Assembly: GCA_012295275.1 (NCBI GenBank)
Contig: CM022678.1
Location: 17,174,001 to 17,238,000 of the forward strand
Direction: 5' to 3'
Length of the DNA: 64,000 nt
Origin: Chrysomallon squamiferum
Taxonomy: Eukaryota > Animalia > Mollusca
The translations under genes were made by a program, and so were the position numbers. The notes under the pieces were generated by a model. It was given only the letters and a program-made list of their open reading frames with translations, was not told the origin of the DNA and ran no database searches. Shown here piece after piece: positions 12,835 through 27,351 of this stretch (position 1 is its first letter; every line of letters begins with the position of its first letter).

Positions 12835-15800
12835 GTGTGTGTGTCATCTGTGTATATATATACTAAGCAAAGAAAAAATCATTTCGATTAGAGTTAGGTC
12901 CCTTACGTGAGATGTACTCAGTAAGCAAGTAAAAATTGGATGGATTAGAATTATCTCCCTTTAGTGGCACGTGTTCGAAAACATATATTAGAGATAGAGC
13001 CCTTACGTGAGATATACTCACTTAGTCTTCTGTTGTTTTAAATCTTCAAAGTTTTTCTTTATTTGTTTACTTATTTATTTATTCTATCCTCTCTACTTAG
13101 CTTATTGTTGTTATAGTAAAAAATGAGAAAATAAAATAATTTGTTGTGTCTTTTCATATAATCGGTTTCATAATATCAGAATTTATTATTTCTGTTTGTA
13201 TTTTATTATTATTCTGAAATTTATTTATTTATAAATCTTCTGACAATTTTTAATTAATTGAAATTCGTTTTGCTTTACAGTTGAATATGCATTATGTACA
13301 AGAGATTTTCTCTGTGTATCACAATGTGTGTTTTTGTATGTGTGAATATCTCCGTATTTCTGTCAGGGTCTATATATACTAAGAAACAAAACATCACTTC
13401 GATTAGAGTTAGGTCCCCTACGTGAGATGTATTCACTAAGCAAAGTAAAAATTAGATCCATTAGACTTATCTCCCTTTACTGATATGTGTTCAAAAACAT
13501 ATATTTGAGATATGCGCCCTTAGGTGAGTTGTACTCACTAATCGCTTGATCGTTTTAAATTTTCATAGTGGTTCTTTATTTGTTTACTTATTTATTTATT
13601 CTATACTGTCTACTTTCCTTGTTGTTGTTATAATAAAAAAACAAGGAAACAAAATAATTTATTGTGTCATTTGATAGAATCGGTTTTGCAATATAAGAAT
13701 TTGTTATTTCTTTTAGGATTTTCTTAATATTCTTAAATTTATTTGTTTTTAAATCTTCTGGCAATATTGGATTAATTCAATTTCGTTCCTTTTACAATTG
13801 TATATGCGTTAAGTACTAGATATTTTTTCAACGTGTGTGTGTGTGTGTGTGTGCGTGTGTGTGTGTGTCATCTGTGTATATATATATACTAAGCAAAGAA
13901 AAAATCATTTCGATTAGAGTTAGGTCCCTTACGTGAGATGTACTCAGTAAGCAAGTAAAAATTGGATGGATTAGAATTATCTCCCTTTAGTGGCACGTGT
14001 TCGAAAACATATATTAGAGATAGAGCCCTTACGTGAGATATACTCACTTAGTCTTCTGTTGTTTTAAATCTTCAAAGTTTTTCTTTATTTGTTTACTTAT
14101 TTATTTATTCTATCCTCTCTACTTAGCTTATTGTTGTTATAGTAAAAAATCAGAAAATAAAATAATTTGTTGTGTCTTTTCATATAATCGGTTTCATAAT
14201 ATCAGAATTTATTATTTCTGTTTGTATTTTATTATTATTCTGAAATTTATTTATTTATAAATCTTCTGACAATTTTTAATTAATTGAAATTCGTTTTGCT
14301 TTACAATTGAATATGCATTATGTACAAGAGATTTTCTCTGTGTATCACAATGTGTGTTTTTGTATGTGTGAATATGTCCGTATTTCTGTCAGGGTCTATA
14401 TATACTAAGAAAACAAAAAATCACTTCGATTAGAGTTAGGTCCCCTACGTGAGATGTATTCACTAAGCAAAGTAAAAATTAGATCCATTAGACTTATCTC
14501 CCTTTACTGATATGTGTTCAAAAACATATATTTGAGATAGGGCCCTTAGGTGAGTTGTACTCACTAATCGCTTGATCGTTTTAAATTTTCATAGTGGTTC
14601 TTTATTTGTTTACTTATTTATTTATTCTATACTGTCTACTTTCCTTGTTGTTGTTATAATAAAAAACAAGGAAACAAAATAATTTATTGTGTCATTTGAT
14701 AGAATCGGTTTTGCAATATAAGAATTTGTTATTTCTTTTAGGATTTTCTTAATATTCTTAAATTTATTTGTTTTTAAATCTTCTGGCAATATTGGATTAA
14801 TTCAATTTCGTTCCTTTTACAATTGTATATGCGTTAAGTACTAGATATTTTTTCAACGTCTGTGTGTGTGCGTGTGTGTATGTGTGCGTGTGTGTGTGTG
14901 TCATCTGTGTATATATATACTAAGCAAAGAAAAAATCATTTCGATTAGAGTTAGGTCCCTTACGTGAGATGTACTCAGTAAGCAAGTAAAAATTGGATGG
15001 ATTAGAATTATCTCCCTTTAGTGGCACGTGTTCGAAAACATATATTAGAGATAGAGCCCTTACGTGAGATATACTCACTTAGTCTTCTGTTGTTTTAAAT
15101 CTTCAAAGTTTTTCTTTATTTGTTTACTTATTTATTTATTCTATCCTCTCTACTTAGCTTATTGTTGTTATAGTAAAAAATCAGAAAATAAAATAATTTG
15201 TTGTGTCTTTTCATATAATCGGTTTCATAATATCAGAATTTATTATTTCTGTTTGTATTTTATTATTATTCTGAAATTTATTTATTTATAAATCTTCTGA
15301 CAATTTTTAATTAATTGAAATTCGTTTTGCTTTACAATTGAATATGCATTATGTACAAGAGATTTTTCTCTGTGTATCACAATGTGTGTTTTTGTATGTG
15401 TGAATATGTCCGTATGTCTGTCAGGGTACATATATACTAAGAAAACGGAAAATCATTTCGTTTAGAGTTAGGTCCCCTACGTGAGATGTATTCACTAAGC
15501 AAAGTAAAAATTAGATCCATTAGACTTATCTCCCTTTACTGATATGTGTTCAAAAACATATATTTGAGATAGGGCCCTTAGGTGAGTTGTACTCACTAAT
15601 CGCTTGATCGTTTTAAATTTTCATAGTGGTTCTTTATTTGTTTACTTATTTATTTATTCTATACTGTCTACTTTCCTTGTTGTTGTTATAATAAAAAACA
15701 AGGAAACAAAATAATTTATTGTGTCATTTGATAGAATCGGTTTTGCAATATAAGAATTTGTTATTTCTTTTAGGATTTTCTTAATATTCTTAAATTTATT

Positions 15801-18215
15801 TGTTTTTAAATCTTCTGGCAATATTGGATTAATTCAATTTCGTTCCTTTTACAATTGTATATGCGTTAAGTACTAGATATTTTTTCAACGTCTGTGCGTG
15901 TGCGTGTGTCTATGTGCGTGTGTGTGTGTGTCATCTGTGTATATATATATACTAAGCAAAGAAAAAATCATTTCGATTAGAGTTAGGTCCCTTACGTGAG
16001 ATGTACTCAGTAAGCAAGTAAAAATTGGATGGATTAGAATTATCTCCCTTTAGTGGCACGTGTTCGAAAACATATATTAGAGATAGAGCCCTTACGTGAG
16101 ATATACTCACTTAGTCTTCTGTTGTTTTAAATCTTCAAAGTTTTTCTTTATTTGTTTACTTATTTATTTATTCTATCCTCTCTACTTAGCTTATTGTTGT
16201 TATAGTAAAAAATGAGAAAATAAAATAATTTGTTGTGTCTTTTCATATAATCGGTTTCATAATATCAGAATTTATTATTTCTGTTTGTATTTTATTATTA
16301 TTCTGAAATTTATTTATTTATAAATCTTCTGACAATTTTTAATTAATTGAAATTCGTTTTGCTTTACAGTTGAATATGCATTATGTACAAGAGATTTTCT
16401 CTGTGTATCACAATGTGTGTTTTTGTATGTGTGAATATGTCCGTATTTCTGTCAGGGTCTATATATACTAAGAAAACAAAAAATCACTTCGATTAGAGTT
16501 AGGTCCCCTACGTGAGATGTATTCACTAAGCAAAGTAAAAATTAGATCCATTAGACTTATCTCCCTTTACTGATATGTGTTCAAAAACATATATTTGAGA
16601 TAGGGCCCTTAGGTGAGTTGTACTCACTAATCGCTTGATCGTTTTAAATTTTCATAGTGGTTCTTTATTTGTTTACTTATTTATTTATTCTATACTGTCT
16701 ACTTTCCTTGTTGTTGTTATAATAAAAAACAAGGAAACAAAATAATTTATTGTGTCATTTGATAGAATCGGTTTTGCAATATAAGAATTTGTTATTTCTT
16801 TTAGGATTTTCTTAATATTCTTAAATTTATTTGTTTTTAAATCTTCTGGCAATATTGGATTAATTCAATTTCGTTCCTTTTACAATTGTATATGCGTTAA
16901 GTACTAGATATTTTTTCACGTCTGTGTGTGTGCGTGTGTCTATGTGCGTGTGTGTGTGTGTCATCTGTGTATATATATACTAAGCAAAGAAAAAATCATT
17001 TCGATTAGAGTTAGGTCCCTTACGTGAGATGTACTCAGTAAGCAAGTAAAAATTGGATGGATTAGAATTATCTCCCTTTAGTGGCACGTGTTCGAAAACA
17101 TATATTAGAGATAGAGCCCTTACGTGAGATATACTCACTTAGTCTTCTGTTGTTTTAAATCTTCAAAGTTTTTCTTTATTTGTTTACTTATTTATTTATT
17201 CTATCCTCTCTACTTAGCTTATTGTTGTTATAGTAAAAAATCAGAAAATAAAATAATTTGTTGTGTCTTTTCATATAATCGGTTTCATAATATCAGAATT
17301 TATTATTTCTGTTTGTATTTTATTATTATTCTGAAATTTATTTATTTATAAATCTTCTGACAATTTTTAATTAATTGAAATTCGTTTTGCTTTACAGTTG
17401 AATATGCATTATGTACAAGAGATTTTCTCTGTGTATCACAATGTGTGTTTTTGTATGTGTGAATATCTCCGTATTTCTGTCAGGGTCTATATATACTAAG
17501 AAAACAAAAAATCATTTCGATTAGAGTTAGGTCCCTTACGTGAGATGTATTCACTAACCAAAGTAAAAATTAGATCCATTAAACTTATCTCCCTTTAGTG
17601 ATATGTGTTCAAAAACATATATTTGAGATAGGGCCCTTAGGTGAGATGTACTCACTATTCGCTTGATCGTTTTAAATTTTCATAGTGGTTCTTTATTTGT
17701 TTACTTATTTATTTATTCTATACTGTCTACTTTCCTTGTTGTTGTTATAATAAAAAAAATCAGGAAATAAAATAATTTATTGTGTCATTTGATAGAATCG
17801 GTTTTTTAATATCAGGATTTTTTATTTCTTTTTGTATTTTATCAATATTCTGTAATTTATTTGTTTTTAAATCTTCTGGTAATTTTTAATTAATTGAATT
17901 TTGTTTGTTTTACACATATGTGTGCATTCTGCACCAGATATTTTTCTCTGTGTATATGTATGTGTGTATCTGTGTGTGTGTGTGTTTTGTGTGTGTGTTT
18001 GTTTGTCTGTCTGTGTACACACACACAAATATATATATATATATATTTACCTTAAGGAAAAAAAAAATCATATCGATTAGAGATAGGTCCCATACGTGAG
18101 ATGTACTCACTAAGAAAAGTGAAAATTGGTTGTATTAGACTTATCTCCCTTTAATGATATGTGTTCACATACATATGTTAGAGATAGGACCCTTAGGTGT
18201 GATGTACTCACTAAT
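7820..18215. repeat. Tandem array of about 10 units of ~1.03 kb, each made of two diverged ~515 bp subunits
   Basis: Marker gtcccctacgtgagatgtattcac recurs at ~8231, 9264, 10294, 11351, 12379, 13413, 14440, 15472, 16503 and 17531 (last with one mismatch). The related gtcccttacgtgagatgtactcag recurs about 515 bp after each. Every unit contains a variable (GT)n tract. Confidence 0.95.
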
Positions 18216-20752
18216 CTGTTTTGTTATTTAACAGCAAAGTGACAAATAACAAATTTCAAAATTTTGGAAATCTTTTTGTAGGGTTTCTTCTGATGATGAT
18301 CTATTGTTTGTTTAATGTTAATCCGATTCGCGGCTTCGGAGGAGATCTTGCTTAATTTCTGAACAAAAGATGACTCTCCTTCCACTAGTTTCATATCCTG
18401 ACATCAAATATGACAATTCGTACGGACGGAATGACGGAAAACATAAAAATGAGTATAAAACCCAGTCTGGAGTCTTCTTAAAGCCACATGCAGATTTCCA
18501 GCTCTAATCCGTAATTGTAGCTTAATCCGAGAGTGGCAGGTTGTCGAGCTTCCATTCGTCTTCTTATTTGACACCAGTATCATTTTTGTAATAGCACAAC
18601 TAGGTATCAATAATAACTACGTATCAAGATAATTTCCTACAATTTATAGCGACTTTTGTGTTCTCCCAGTTGAGCGGCTGAACGGAGCAAGTCTCGATTT
18701 TAAACATGCGCGCCGGATCAGAATGAGAGCGATATTGTGTAAGAAATAACCAGACACTCTAATGAAAAAAACTTGGAAAGAAAACGTTGAATTGAGATAA
18801 TTGAATCGTAGACTTGGTAGTTAAGTATAAATCTACATTCCACACAATTTATAATATATATATATTAAGGCGCCGAGTGTATATAAAAGATATAATATAT
18901 AACAATATCTGTAACTGTATATTTATATATACCTATATCTGATTATGAAAAAACAAGTATCGGCCATCGTATATATATATATCCGTAGAATTTATTTCCC
19001 GAGATTTGTGTTCCTAAATAAAATAATTTAAATATATATATAGTTTTGGGGGGTTCTTGTTATTCCTGTTATTTTTAGATAACGTATTTTTTTTTTATCG
19101 TTATTGTGTTTTTTTTAATGTTTTTTTATTTATATTTTTTTATAATAATAATAATACAACTAATATATATATATAACATACTCCAAAGTGACTGTATTAG
19201 TAGCCCGTCATACTTGTTTGAAATATTTCTACTGACTTTTCAACGCTTTATTTAGTTTCTGTAGGAGCAGCGATCTGAATAAAAACTGCACTAATGTAAA
19301 ATGTTAAGTCGTGTCTTTGTGTTTACTGCGTGAACGTTATCTCGTATTCCGAACCAGAGAGATTGATTTCAGTCAGAACTGTCTTGGATAGACGTCACCT
19401 CGTTATAGATCACCTGTTATGTTTCGTATAAGCTGATCGGGTTATCCTACAAGCATTCGTCCTACAAACAGATACAACCAAACAAATCTTCAGGCTCTTA
19501 GCATCATTTGTGTATCCAAGATAAATGTTTTTGCTTAGCGAAAGCGGTAGAAAACGTTTATGAAAAAATTTCTTTAAATTCCGAGAACAGACTATTTTCA
19601 TAAACATGTTTTTAGAAAGAGCAATATTTTAAATGTAGTAAATTGAAGCTTAAAGCCACTACGCTGTCAAAGACTTGTAGGAGCGTGTAAACACTCACCC
19701 GCCTCCAAACATTCTCCCAGGTTATGTAGGTCTATACGTTTAAATATAATTTAAAGCTTACAGTCGTAAAATTATAATTTTCCCCACCAAGTTTATCTTG
19801 ATTAATAATGAAGTATGACCAGAAATAAGTAATATAACAACACTGAGTACAGAATGAAAAATATCTGGGAGCTGTTTTTTTAACCTTGTCGCTTTAGGGA
19901 CATCAGTAGGCTTTATTTTGTGCCTGTTGCGGGCGCCTTCTCTTTTTGGGTAGATCGAAGTGTCGAATTTAGACTTGGTGAGGCCATAAGCTATGTAAAG
20001 CCCTGAGCCTCCACTCTTCTTTTCCCTCTCTCTCTCTTTTTTTTTATTTTATTTTTATTATTGTTATTTATTTATTATTATTTTTTTTTTTTTTGATTTA
20101 TATGCCTTTCAATTATTTAATTACAGATCTCAGAAATTTGGAAATCTTTTAACACGTTTTGTAGATTATATCTTTAGTATGACCCTCGATTTGTTTCTAG
20201 TCTAATCTTAATGAGGCTACACGCAATCTGTAAGGCGCTAAGATGAAGCATATTCGGGAACACGTTCTTACGTCATATGACGAACTGTTAAATTTTTAAT
20301 CATTAAATTTTGATGAATCATTATTTTAAGTTAAAGTTAAATTTTAGTAAATACTATTTCAGTTTGCTCCTATAATTCTGAAATTATTCTGTGTCTGATG
20401 GGCGATCCAACTTCTCATTGTTTGAAATTGGTGATACCTGAAAAACAGTTACCCTGCAACAAAATCAAGAATAGCAAAAAAAAAAATATATATATATACA
20501 TAAAAATAAAAAGAGGAAAACAACAAACTAATAAATAAATAAAAAAATAAATAAATAAAATCACACAGAAGTGTATATATGTGTGCATGTGAGTGTATGT
20601 ATATATGTATCTGTGTGTGTATGTTCATATTTCATTCTAAGTATATACAATATGTGTGTGTTAATGTGTATGTTTGTGTGGGTGTGTATGTTTCTGTGTA
20701 CACATTTCCATCGTGAACAATATTTGATATAATGATTTTTCAACTTGTTCAG

Positions 20753-22138
20753 TTTCAGTTGCGTGTTTCACATATAAAGACAACTCTGACTTATGTTCCC
20801 CCGAAAACTGCGAGCAGGAAAACGATGAGGACTGTATGAAGACTTGTGAAGTTTGTACAGGTAAAGTTATCAGTGTCCCAGCATAACAGAGTCAACAGAA
20901 GCAGGATAGATACAACAGATAGCTCAAATGTTAATAACGATACATACACACAATAGTTTATATGTTGTTAGATACATACACAGTATAGTTGATATGTCCT
21001 GTAATGACAGATACACAGTATAATTGATATGTTAGTGAAGCTATAGATATACACAGGATTGTTGGTGCATTTTAAAAGCACAGAGATACAAAATATTTGG
21101 TATGTTAAACGATGATAGCTAACTAGGATGGATGAATCATATACATGTCTGATCGGATAGATAACAGATAGGAACAGATTTATTAGGAAGGATATGTATT
21201 CAGAAAACAAACATACTAGATATGTTATTCAGAATTCCATGACAGTAGACATATGTTAGGTAGGATAGATACGCATGATAGATACTATTATACAAAAGAA
21301 AGCCACGTATTAGGTAAAATAGCTTGTATAAGTACGATATGTGTTCAGCTTACAGCTATGCTCAGGTACGATTGATAGATCCACCTAATACTTGGTATAC
21401 GAGTATACTAGATATACTTGAAATGATAGATATATAGGACGTAACGGCTGGCAGTTTAATTTTGTGAGTGTACACAACCACATACGAACATGCACACACC
21501 AAATACAACACAGTCACAAAAGCATGAACATTTTTAATTTGTGTTAATAAATATAACGATTTTTGTTTTTGTACACATGCATAATGAAACACACTATTTC
21601 TGTTTTGATTTCAGTAAGTCAACATAGTTAATTTCATTTACTCGTGCACCCTGCTCTCTCAATTTATCTTTTAACTACTGCAAATGTGATAGCAGTGCAA
21701 ACAGAGCCTGCTCTAATTCTCGGTAAATTAATACGAGTAATTCTGTTATTAGATGAGGGGTGTTCTGAATGTTATTACCATGATGATGGCGACACGTGTA
21801 TTTCCTGTTCTGTCAAAGACACAAAATATTCGCAAAATTACAAAGAAAAATGTAATACATTTTGTCCCAGTAACAAAACACATGGTAAACGCTGTGAAAA
21901 GAACTGTAGTGACAATTGCTTGAACAGAAGATGTCTCCGCTGGACGGGAGATTGTGAACGTTGTCCTTCTGGATTCTACGGACTACGTTGCCAGCAGCGT
22001 TCTCATTGTAATAACATCGACGAAAAAGGCTTCTGCATCGGTTTCTGTTCTGATGGGTTTTTTGGTCCAAAGTGCGAAGAGTGTCCACACGGGTATAAAG
22101 ACAATGTCTGCAACAAACAGACGGGAGAGTGTTTATAA
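20753..22138 (+). pseudogene. Copy B: ShKT exon (20753-20860) plus 3'-truncated EGF exon (21753-22138) joined to 3'-UTR-like sequence
   Basis: Splice sites intact; first ShKT Cys is Tyr (YKDNSDLCSPENCEQENDEDCMKTCEVC). EGF frame is open to TAA at 22136-22138, after which the sequence matches post-stop regions near 27840, 44690 and 61380. Confidence 0.8.
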
Positions 22139-22664
22139 TGAGTGAAATATAAAAAAGTATATATATACTGACTTTTAAATATCTTCAACTGATAATACAA
22201 GCAATGATATTTGGTACAGAACAGAACAAAATGTATGTTTATATTCAGGCTGGAAACTGAGAAAGTATAATTTTTAAATTTCCTTTTTACACTGAATAAT
22301 ATTTGCATGTGTATATCTCTGGGACTGTGTGTTGGTGTTTTTATTTACATATCTATTTTATACAGGATGTGCTTTGAAAAATATTATTCAGTTAATGAAC
22401 TATCTTAAAGTGTTAATTTATAATCTTGTATTGCGATAAAACATTCAGATAACCTTTTTTCTCTTTTTTAAAATAACAGTATAGTTTGTGTAGTGGGGCA
22501 AAAATACTAAAAGCAATAATAATAATATTACCAACAGTTGTTATAATAAGAATTTAAAATCAAATAAATCTTCTTATCATTTTCTTCCTTTCTCATAGAC
22601 AGGAAGAAGTGTGTCATACAGATGTATGCAGAAGTAGGTTTAACTGTGTGTGTTGGTGTGTGTG

Positions 22665-22714
<50 letters not shown>

Positions 22715-24056
22715 TGTGTACAGAATGTTTAACATTGAATCAGTATAGAAGAGTCCAATGAAATTACATCCTTACTGAGCAGATAACACAAAAATTTAAT
22801 ATAGTAGAAACACATGATACCCACACATTGTACTGACAAAAAAATCTTAATATACAGAGACAGAGAAAGATGATTTACTTTACTTAATTTCATTTATTTA
22901 ATTTTAGGTTATTTCATTCCCATTATTTAATTTTATTTTAATTCAGTTATTTCCTTTACATTTCAGTTATTAATTTTATTTTGTTTTGTTTTATTATATA
23001 TTCTTCAATTTTATTTTATTTTTTAACATTACAAGAAAAACTGAATTTGTACATTTCTGACACATACACACACTCACACACAAATCTAAAATAATAATAA
23101 TAATAAATGAAATATAAATAAATAAATAAATACATAAAAAAGATGTTCAGTTTTTACATTTTACTAATCACAAATATTTTATTCATACACTACTTACTAC
23201 TTCATGCCTTTACCATATCCCCGAGAAACAAGGGACGTTACTCTAATACGAGTTTAGCAGGCTGGATCGATAATTAAATGGTTTTCCAAGCTCAGCAGTG
23301 GAGAGAAAACAATTTGGTGTAAATATATTGAGGTAATGTTTTTAATTATCATAATAAATTAGATTCAGGAATAATATACTTGACCTAGGTGATAATGAGA
23401 TTATATGAATTGCATAAATACAGTTTGTCCCCTTCACCCAACACTGCCGGATATAGCGACAGGTAGGCGAACCCATTCAACTCGGTTAATCAGTAGCCTT
23501 ATTCACTGTTATGTACATCGACAGCTGGTTTAAACACTCACATTATGTTGATTGTTTGAGCAAGTAGATGTTTTACTTGCAAATTATAGTTGCAAGATGG
23601 TTGCAATTAATTAATTTGGGTTAATATATGTGTACTGTATAATCTTTATAGCTAATTATCGCCTGCATAATTATCACTGGTATTATAAGTCTTTACAATG
23701 ATGTATGTATGTATATATGTTTATGCGTATCAATTCATGTACATTCATAGGAGGTATTTCTATTCTAAATATAGATACGCGTCATTGTGATACTGTCTAT
23801 CTTTATACCATGCCCTACAAGGAAATTGAAACTATAAATATGGCCAACAAGACCATAAACGACAGGACATTCTAGAATTTTTAGAAAAATATAAGTTTTT
23901 TTTTGTTTCTTTCTTTATTGTCTAAAGTATTTAACATGTTGAGATAGTGTGTTATGTATAGAAGGACAGATACAGGAAACTCGAATAACTTTCTCGCTCA
24001 CGAATTTACAAGAACACTGAGAAACCCGATTCGCAATGACGGAAGCTGAATTAAAA

Positions 24057-24099
24057 GTGTCCACGATAATAATCCTACTGTTTGTTTTATCGCAGATAG
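24057..24099 (+). pseudogene. Inactivated signal-peptide (leader) exon
   Basis: Homolog of 30335-30377 with ATG changed to GTG and the donor GT changed to GG. Confidence 0.75.
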
Positions 24100-24747
24100 G
24101 GAAGTGTGCTTGAATTCTTTAAAATTAAACTTCAGTCTGTGCACGTGTGTTGTGTTTGTATGTGAGGTGTGTGACTGTGTGTGAGCGTATGCACAACTAG
24201 CTGTCAACAATAACTGACATTTTCCTAAAAGTTATACTGTATTTTCTGTTCTCCAGTAGAATGACAGAAAGGAGGAAGTCTCTATTTTCAATATGCGCTC
24301 TGCTTCAGAAGCGAGAGCGAATTTCGGGAACGCGTTCTTACGTCATATTGAGGAACTTTTGAATTTTTAATCATTAAACTTTGATGAATAATTATTTAAA
24401 CTTTTGGTTTTATCTTAATAACTGCTGTTTAAGTTTAAAGCCTTAATTCTTAAATTATTGTGTTTTTGATGGATGTTCCAACTTTTCACTGTTGAAAGTT
24501 GGTTATACGTGAAAAATAGATACATTGCTTTGTTCTAAATTGTCTCTGAGCAGAAAGACACAGATATCACCCTGCTATGTACATGATGTCGGTCTACGAA
24601 TATCACAGGAATAACAACGACAAAAATAACAACAAGATAAAGTTTAAAAATAAGAACAGAAACAATAATAACAACGAAATGAATAAATAAATAAATAAAA
24701 ATAATTTCGTAATCAAAACAATGTACTGATATAGTCAAAGATGTAAG

Positions 24748-24791
<44 letters not shown>

Positions 24792-24916
24792 TGTGTATGA
24801 GTGTGTATGTTTATATGTATATATTTATGTATATATGTGTATATGTATGTCTGCATGTATGTATTGTTTTATATCATGAATAGTGTATGATATAAAGCTT
24901 TTTTCAACTTGTTCAG

Positions 24917-27351
24917 TTTCAGGTAAGAATTTTACATCTTAAGGCAACTCAGAGCTATGTTCCCCAAAAAACTGAACGACGGAAACAAAATGGACTGTAT
25001 GAAGATTTGTGAAGTTTGTACAGGTAAATTCAAGAGGAACAGGATAGATACTCAGGATAGTTGATGTTACGTAAGGATAAGTACACAGGAAGGTGTGTAT
25101 GTTAAGAAAGGAAATATTAACTGGATAGTTGGTATGTTAAGGAAGGACAAATGCACAGGATAGTTGGTACGTTAACTAAGATTAGATTCAGGATACCTGG
25201 TATGTTAAGCAACAGTAGATACACAGGATAGTTGATAGAAGTAATGATAAACATTCAGAACAGTTGGTGTTTTGAGAAATGAATCATAAACAGGATAGTT
25301 GGTATGTTAAGAAAGTTATCATATACAGGATAGATTGTATATTGAGAAAGGAATCATACACTGGATAGTTGGTATGATAAGCAAGGGTAAATACACAGGA
25401 TAGATAAATACATAGGATAGCTGGTATGTTTAGCAAAGTTAGACAGAGCATAGCTGATGTGTTTAATATGGATAGATACGCAGCATCCTTGATACTTGAA
25501 ACACGCGGTTTCCTGAAGACAGGATACCACAGTAGCAGAATGAACGATAAAATACAGATGTGAGGTAAGATAGATACCTAGGAACGGATATACTACTGAG
25601 CCTACTCGATATGCTATTCAGAATTTCCTGGGAGTGCACATAGTTTCGGACCAATACGCAGGATACATAATAGCACAGAAAGGAAAGCTATGTATTCGGC
25701 AGGGTAGGTTGTATGTTAAGTACGATATGTGTACAGGTTTCCATATATGTTAAGGTGGGAAAGCTAGATATGATACTTTGTATACCAGTATGAAAGAAAT
25801 ATTAGCCAGAATAGATATCTAAAATATCATGGTTGGGCAGGCTATTTTTATTTTAACACGCGGTTTTAAGACTACAAACACGAGCGTAAACATACACATC
25901 TAACACAGTAACACAAACATGAACATTTTTTGTTTATGTTAATAACATTACGATTTTTCTTTATTCATACTCATCATTTCTATTTTCATTCCAATTAGGC
26001 AATATAATAAATTTCGTTTACGCGTCCACACAAACTTCGTATTTACTCTCTCTATTTTTTTTTTTTTTTTTTATTTCTGTATGCGTGTTAAGTTTGCACA
26101 AACAAAAACCTCTGACTCTAAGTAGATTATTAAGAGTAATTTTATTTTTACTTGAGGAATATTCTGAAGGTTATTACTATGGTGACGGTGTATTTTGTGT
26201 TTTGGCGAAGAAACAAACAATTCTGAAAATTACAAGAAGAATTGTATTATATTTTGTCGCAGTAACCAAACGCATGGTGAAAACTGTGATAAGAACTCTA
26301 GTACCAGTTGCAAGGGTACAAGATGTTACATATGGACGGGTTCTTGTGGATTCTATGCACGAATATGTCAGCAGAACTGTAATAACACCGACGACAAAGG
26401 TTTCTGCATCGGTGAGTGATGTTAATACGAAAAGGTATGTCCAGACCAATGTAAAGACAAAATTTGGAACAAAACGACAAGATTCTCTTTGCATCGATTT
26501 TGGTGTAAAACTTCTCAGCTTCGTTGTTCAAATAACTGTCTAGCAAATTCCTGTAATAAGACCGGGAAGTGCTCTCACGGTTGCACCGGTTATTATTTTC
26601 GTAATGAACTGCAGCGCGAACTGTCTACATGTTGAGTTGGAAGGACAGGTACTTTTATAGCTATAGATTATCTTCTTGACCAGGCACTGGCCAAAGAAAG
26701 ACTTGATGTAGTTGGTTGTGTGGTACGTTTAAGAAAACAACGAACACAAATGGTGCAAACTCTTGTGAGTGTTCTGGTTTATCTGCTCTTTAGAAACATT
26801 TCTATTTTTTAAACCCAGTCACTGTGCAGGAAACAGTGGAATATCCTGTTGATTTAACTGTAATTAAAATCATGTCTGTATGATTTGTTAAGCCAATTTA
26901 GTATGTTATCGAAGCTTTGCTGATTATAAATAATGACCATATAAATAACATATGCTTCTCCCATTTGTAGAGAGTTTACAAATACACAAAATTATATTAA
27001 TCTTTATATTTTGGATTGCGTTAAGGAGTTTTTGCAAAATTTTATTATGTTTTACTATATTGCTGTGTCTTTTATTATCGTTGTTGTTTTAGTTGTTGTT
27101 GTATTTACTGCTATTGCTACGACATGTAAGTTATTGCTGGCGTTTTTATTATTATTACTATTATTATTAGTAGCAGTAGTAGTAGTAGTATTCCTTTATG
27201 TGTTTGATGTAAGTTTTTTGTTTTTTATTGTTTGTTTCTTTACACAATCTACTATTTTTATTTTTCATTACAGATGCAGTACACTTTTATTTATCAATTT
27301 CTGTTTGAATGGTTGCTATCATTAAATATCATTTCAGAGAGAGTGATGTGA
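24917..27351 (+). pseudogene. Copy C: decayed ShKT and EGF exons fused by deletion to the last two PTP exons
   Basis: ShKT remnant 24917-25023 has an in-frame TAA. EGF remnant ~26152-26630 has acceptor AG changed to AC and frameshifts, and is joined to [18 protein letters not shown]...MVQTL (to 26764). Terminal exon 27274-27351 reads MQYTFIYQFLFEWLLSLNIISERVM*. Confidence 0.85.

Noticed and set aside
8858-17351. Repeated 75-aa ORF MR(C/Y)THLVF...
   Set aside because: GTG start, low-complexity AT-rich content, and broken in several units; a by-product of the tandem array.
7820-18215. CRISPR-like reading of the spaced palindromic repeats
   Set aside because: The intervening sequences are themselves repeated rather than unique spacers, there are no cas genes, and the context is eukaryotic.
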